Of a stretch of DNA of 64,000 bases, positions 59,169 to 64,000 are shown piece by piece. A program made the translations under genes and the position numbers. Positions within the stretch are counted from its first letter, which is position 1, and each line of letters starts with the position of its first letter. Below the pieces are notes generated by a model. That model did not search any database. It had not been told where the DNA came from and saw nothing but the letters and a program-made list of their open reading frames with translations. The stretch covers positions 40,878 through 104,877 of the forward strand of contig CAMTYE010000001.1 of assembly GCA_947085935.1 (NCBI GenBank). The letters are read 5' to 3'. The stretch comes from an uncultured Actinomycetes bacterium (GTDB lineage: Bacteria; Actinomycetota; Coriobacteriia; Anaerosomatales; CAMTYE01).

Positions 59169-59193
59169 CTGAACGAGGAATCAGGAGTGTGAT

Positions 59194-59694
59194 ATGGAGC
59201 TTTCGGCCAAAGCCTTCAAGTACGGCGACGACATCAACACCGATTACATCATCAGTGGCAAGTACAAGTTCAAGTCCGCCGATATGGAAGCTATGGCGGT
59301 GCACGCGATGGAGGAACTCGATCCGGCCTATTACGAGAAGGTCAAGCCCGAGGGCGGCTTTCTGGTAGCGGGTAAGAACTTCGGCATGGGATCAAGTCGC
59401 GAACAGGCGCCGCTCGTGCTCATTCACAGCAACACCAAGGCGGTGCTGGCGAAGAGCTTCGCCCGCATCTTCTATCGCAACGCGATCAACACGGGACTTC
59501 CGGTCGTCGAATGCGACACCGATCTCATCGAGCCCGGCGACGAACTGGTGGTCGATCTTGAGGCCGGAGTCGTCCGCAATGTGACGCGAGACGCCGAGAT
59601 ACCGTTCGCTCCGCTGCCGCCCGTCATGGCCCAGTTGCTCGCGGACGGCGGGTTGGTCGAGCACTTCAAGAAGCACGGGGGATTCAACCTCTAG
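59194..59694 (+). CDS. 3-isopropylmalate dehydratase/homoaconitase-type small subunit
   Basis: GDDINTD.I, NFG.GSSRE.A, SFARIFYRNAIN.GL. Confidence 0.9.
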   Translation: MELSAKAFKYGDDINTDYIISGKYKFKSADMEAMAVHAMEELDPAYYEKVKPEGGFLVAGKNFGMGSSREQAPLVLIHSNTKAVLAKSFARIFYRNAINTGLPVVECDTDLIEPGDELVVDLEAGVVRNVTRDAEIPFAPLPPVMAQLLADGGLVEHFKKHGGFNL

Positions 59695-59706
59695 GAGGAG
59701 TCGCGC

Positions 59707-60360
59707 ATGGGCGCGGAACAGTACATCCTGTCCGATGGCAGGCTAGTGGGAACCAGGGAAGACCTCGTGGAGACCGCTCTACGGGGCAAGCGTGCGCTCG
59801 GTGCTGTGTTCGCCGCATTGAACGGAGACGACCGGGCGCAGCGGGTACTGGCGGCTCGCGTGATTCACGCGATCTCGGTCAAGAAGCCTGAGGCCCTCAG
59901 GGAGCACGCCGCCGAGCTGGCGGACGCCCTTGAGAAGCCGGAGGCGCAGACCCGGTGGGAGACTCTGGGTGCGTTGGAGAGGATGGTCGCCGTCGATGCG
60001 CGCATCGTCGGCAAGGCCGTCATTCCCACGATGACCGCACTTCACGACGCGGAGTCCGGAGTCGTGCGGCTCGCAGCGTTCCGCGTGCTGTGCGCGTTCG
60101 GCGCGACGACGCCCCGACGATCGGAGCAGGTCTGGCCGCTGATCGACGAGGCTGTGCGCGTCTACCACGGAGACCCGGAGTTCGCCAACATGCTCGCCGG
60201 CCTCTTCCGCATGGTCACCGGAGCCGCATCCGATGCTGTGAAGCAGGCGGCGGCGGCGCGCATGGAGTTCGATGCCGAGCACACCAAGGGGCTGATCGGC
60301 CGGAGGGCGAAGCAGATCGTCGGGTGCGCGTCGGCGCGGCCGAAGACCGGAACGGGCTGA
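59707..60360 (+). CDS. HEAT/ARM-repeat-like hypothetical protein
   Basis: AGGAG RBS; helical repeats L.D....VR..A...L. Confidence 0.65.
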   Translation: MGAEQYILSDGRLVGTREDLVETALRGKRALGAVFAALNGDDRAQRVLAARVIHAISVKKPEALREHAAELADALEKPEAQTRWETLGALERMVAVDARIVGKAVIPTMTALHDAESGVVRLAAFRVLCAFGATTPRRSEQVWPLIDEAVRVYHGDPEFANMLAGLFRMVTGAASDAVKQAAAARMEFDAEHTKGLIGRRAKQIVGCASARPKTGTG

Positions 60361-60526
60361 GCCGGGAGGGCATCGCGGTGCTGCCGATCGACGTCCCGCG
60401 TGGCGCGGTCGCGCCGTATGGTACGTCGATCGCTACATCAGAGAGTGAATACGTCGCCAGAGGGGCTGGCGAGTCATGTCGGGTACGCTCGGACCGTTCG
60501 ACGGGCCGTGTGTTTGAGGACGTGCC

Positions 60527-62791
60527 ATGAGCCCTGCTGTTGCGACACTTCTGGCGGTGCAGTTCATCGCGACGATCGTCGCCGCACTCCACGTCCACCT
60601 GTTCGCGCTTGAGCGGCGAGCACAGCTTCTCGCATATGCGGGGGCCTTCTTCGCGTATAGCCTGGGTCCGGCCGCCGAGGCCCTCGATCAGATCGGCCTT
60701 CTGAGCCTCCCGGTGAGTTCTGTGAACGCGATCAGTGCGACTGTCGCGGGGCTGCTGGTGTTTCAGGGTGCGCGACTGAGCCTCGGGCTTCGGTTCTCAC
60801 GCCGTTGGCTCGTGGTGGCGTTACTGCCGCTTGCCGCCTCACTGGCGCTCTCGGGACCGCTCGGCGATCTCGGGGAGTTGCCGGCAGTCCTGTACTTCTG
60901 CGCGGTCGCGCTCTGGGCCGGGTTCGCGGCCCTGCGCGAAGATCCGGATGCCGGCAGGGCGCGCATCATGGCGGCCGCTTCACTCGCCGCATGGGGAGGT
61001 CTGACCCTTGTTCGCGTTGGTGTGCGGACTGATTCGTTGGCGTACCCCACCCTCAATGTGGCGCTCGCGGTGTTCATCCTGGCGGGGGGCCTGAGCACCC
61101 TGCTCGTCTACCTGCGGATGTTCCGGGTAGGGATAGCGCGAGCCGATGCCGCCCTGGCGCGACAGGCGCGTCTGCTCAACGACCTCGACGAGGCTATCAT
61201 CCGTCTCGCCCCCGACCTGACCGTCACCGAGTGGAGTCCGGCGGCCGACCGGCTCTTCGGAGTGAGCGAAGTCAGTGCGGTGGGCACGCGGATCGGCACG
61301 CTCATGGCCGGGGCGTTTCGGTCGACGCTGACCGACCGGGTGGTGATGGACCTCGCCGAGAAGGGCTCGGCCACCTGGTTGATGGAGCAGGAGGGCACAG
61401 CCGGCGAAACCCGTTGGATTGAGATCGTGGGTCGCGCTGTCCGCGCCGACGACGACAGCCTCGCGGCGTACACCGCGCTCTGTCGCGACGTGACCGACCG
61501 CGTTCTGGCCGAGGAGGACGTACGGGAGAGCCAGTCGCGGTATCGGACGCTCTTCGAGTCGTCGCCCCTGGCGATGTGGGAAGAGGACTTCTCCGGCGTG
61601 CGCGAGTTCCTCGACAGCGTCAAACTGCGCGGAGTCACCGATATCGCAGCGCACTTCGCGGCGAACCACGATGAGCTGCTGGAGTGCATGTCTCGCATCA
61701 AGGTCCTCGATGTGAACGACACGGCTGTGCGGGTCTATGGGGCGAGCAGCAAAGAGGAGCTTCTCGGCGGGCTGGCAGCGTTCGTGGACCCGGCCGCGTA
61801 CCCGGTATTCCGGGCAGAATTCGCCGCGCTGGCCGCGGGCGCGACCTCATTCGTGGGGGAGACCACGTCCCGGCGCATGAACGGCGAGCGCCTCGATGTG
61901 CGCTTCTCGCTCTCCGTGCCGCCCGGCTACGAAGAGACCCTCGGCAAGGTGCTCGTGTCGGACACGGACCTGACCGAGCGCAATGCGGCACTGGCCGAGC
62001 TTGAGGAGTACCGGGGCAACCTCGAGCGCCTGGTCGATGAGCGGACCTCGGAGTTGACCGAGACCAACAGGCAGCTCCGTGAGGCCACGCTGGCGCGCGA
62101 CAAGTTCCTGGCCAACATCAGTCACGAGATGCGGACGCCGCTGAACTCGATCATCGGGTTCACGAGCATCGTCGGCCAGGGCCTCGCCGGAGACGTCTCA
62201 GCCGAGGCGAAACGTCAACTCGAGATGGCCAACCGCTCAGGAAGGCAGCTGCTCTCGATCGTCGAAGAGCTCCTCGAGTTCAGCCGCGTACAAGTGGGCG
62301 TGGTGGAGCCCAAGATACGCCGGGTGAACCTCCGCGATCTCGTCGAGAACACATGCGAGACGGTCGATCCGTTGGCCCGCGAGAAGGGCATCGAGTTCGC
62401 CTACCGATACGAAGGCGGTTTCGAGGTGAGGACCGACCCTGATCGCGTACAGCAGATACTCCTGAGCCTCCTCTCGAACGCCCTCAAGTTCACCGAGTCC
62501 GGTGCGATCGAGGTGTTCGGCAGCGTCAGGGGTGCGCGAGCGTACATCAGCGTCTCCGACACGGGGCCGGGCATCGAGCCGGACAAGCTCGAGGTCATCT
62601 TCGACGCGTTCCACCAGCTGGCGCCGGCCCGGGATGCCAAGCATTCGGGAGCCGGACTCGGCCTCTCGATCGCCCGCGAGGTAGCCCGGATCCTGGGCGG
62701 GGACATCCTCGCCGAGAGCGAGCCGGGCGTCGGCTCGACGTTCACGTTCGTTCTGCCGGTCAAGCCGGCGTACATCTCGCGGACTTCCTGA
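60527..62791 (+). CDS. Membrane PAS-domain sensor histidine kinase (no receiver)
   Basis: N-terminal TMs, two PAS-like domains (RDVT, W.EDFS), [26 protein letters not shown]. Confidence 0.92.
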   Translation: [754 protein letters not shown]

Positions 62792-62896
62792 CGCGGGTAC
62801 CCGTCGCGTACAATGCCTAGGCGCGCCCATGGGCGCCCCACGTCCGCGGGCGGTCGCAGTGAGCCGCCCACGAACATCTCTTGGAGGTATCGCTAG

Positions 62897-63988
62897 ATGG
62901 CCAAGCACACCGTCACATTGATTCCGGGCGATGGAATCGGTCCCGAGCTCACGACCGCGATGACGCGCGTCGTCGAGGCTACGGGCGTCGACATCGCCTG
63001 GGAGATCGCCGAAGCAGGTGCGGATGTCGTCGAGAAGTACGGCACGCCACTGCCGGAGCACGTTCTCGATTCGGTCCGCAAGAACAAGGTCGCCATCAAG
63101 GGGCCGATCACCACGCCTGTGGGCACCGGGTTCCGCAGCGTCAACGTCGCGATCCGCAAGGAGCTCGACCTGTACGCATGCCTGCGCCCCGCATTCTCGA
63201 TCCCGGGCAACGGCGCTCGCTACGAGGACATCGACCTGGTCATCGTGCGGGAGAACACAGAGGACCTCTACGCAGGCATCGAGTTCGAGCAGGGCTCGCA
63301 GGATGCGGCCGATCTCATCAAGTTCGCCGCGGACCGCGGCGCGGGTATCATCCGCCCCGACTCGGGTCTCTCCATCAAGCCGATCTCGATCACGGGAACC
63401 CGCCGCATCGTCAAGTACGCCTTCGACTATGCGATAGCCAACGGCCGCAAGAAGGTCACGGCGGTCCACAAGGCCAATATCCTCAAGATGAGCGACGGCC
63501 TGTTCCTCAAAGTCGCGCGTGAGGTCGCCGAGGAGTACAAGGACTCGGGCATCGAGTTCGAGGACTACATCGTCGACGCCACATGCATGCAGCTGGTCCT
63601 GCACCCGGAGTGGTGGGATGTCCTCGTGCTGCCCAACCTCTACGGCGATATCGTATCCGACCTCTCGGCAGGTCTCATCGGCGGGCTGGGTATCGCGATG
63701 GGTGCCAACATCGGGACGGAGTACGCGGTGTTCGAGCCGGTTCACGGCTCGGCTCCCAAGTACGCCGGCAAGGACATGGCCAACCCGACTGCCGAGATAC
63801 TCTCGGCGATGCTGATGCTGAAGCACCTGGGCGAGATCGACGCCGCCGATCGTGTGCTGGCCGCCGTGCGTGCCGTCATCGGCGAGGGAGAGAAGGTCAC
63901 CTACGATATCAGGCGGTCGCGTTTCGGGTCGACCGATGGTGCCGTGGGAACCCAGGCATACGCCGACGCTCTCATCGAGCGGCTCTAG
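62897..63988 (+). CDS. Isocitrate/isopropylmalate dehydrogenase family protein, probable NAD-isocitrate dehydrogenase
   Basis: PGDGIG.E, KGP.TTPVG.GFRSVNV..R, RENTEDLY, HKANI, NLYGDI.SD, FE.VHGSAP; TACAAT at 62809-62814. Confidence 0.9.
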   Translation: MAKHTVTLIPGDGIGPELTTAMTRVVEATGVDIAWEIAEAGADVVEKYGTPLPEHVLDSVRKNKVAIKGPITTPVGTGFRSVNVAIRKELDLYACLRPAFSIPGNGARYEDIDLVIVRENTEDLYAGIEFEQGSQDAADLIKFAADRGAGIIRPDSGLSIKPISITGTRRIVKYAFDYAIANGRKKVTAVHKANILKMSDGLFLKVAREVAEEYKDSGIEFEDYIVDATCMQLVLHPEWWDVLVLPNLYGDIVSDLSAGLIGGLGIAMGANIGTEYAVFEPVHGSAPKYAGKDMANPTAEILSAMLMLKHLGEIDAADRVLAAVRAVIGEGEKVTYDIRRSRFGSTDGAVGTQAYADALIERL

Positions 63989-64000
63989 GGCAACGAGGGG

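Overview
This is a 64 kb GC-rich bacterial chromosomal window, most consistent with an anaerobic Actinomycetota of class Coriobacteriia (inferred from DUF2469, CWB2 repeats, fused RlmKL and actinobacterial-style promoters). Housekeeping genes include lpdA-lipA, ligA, gatC-gatA...gatB, pncB-pncA, rlmKL and a NifV-like synthase / LeuCD-type hydratase / isocitrate dehydrogenase set. They are interleaved with many signalling genes: three orphan histidine kinases and two diguanylate cyclases. Main highlights: (1) gatA and gatB are separated by a ~16 kb block with a ~3,570-aa, ~24-module sortase-anchored surface protein (LLQTG signal), its sortase, a 7TM histidine kinase and a ThiF-like + PaaK-like adenylating enzyme pair, a candidate signal-synthesis/sensing/adhesion module. 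(2) An unannotated 36-aa DltX-like FxYxxF peptide follows the MBOAT acyltransferase. (3) A sigma28/WhiG-like promoter motif (4-mer-N16-RYCGAHRH) recurs upstream of signalling genes. (4) An ArcE-like (COG2403) gene is coupled to carbamate kinase. (5) Unusual fusions: ferredoxin-CPBP protease and ferritin-like-GGDEF. No rRNA, tRNA, CRISPR array, integrase or transposase was seen. All family calls come from motif reading by eye, not database searches.
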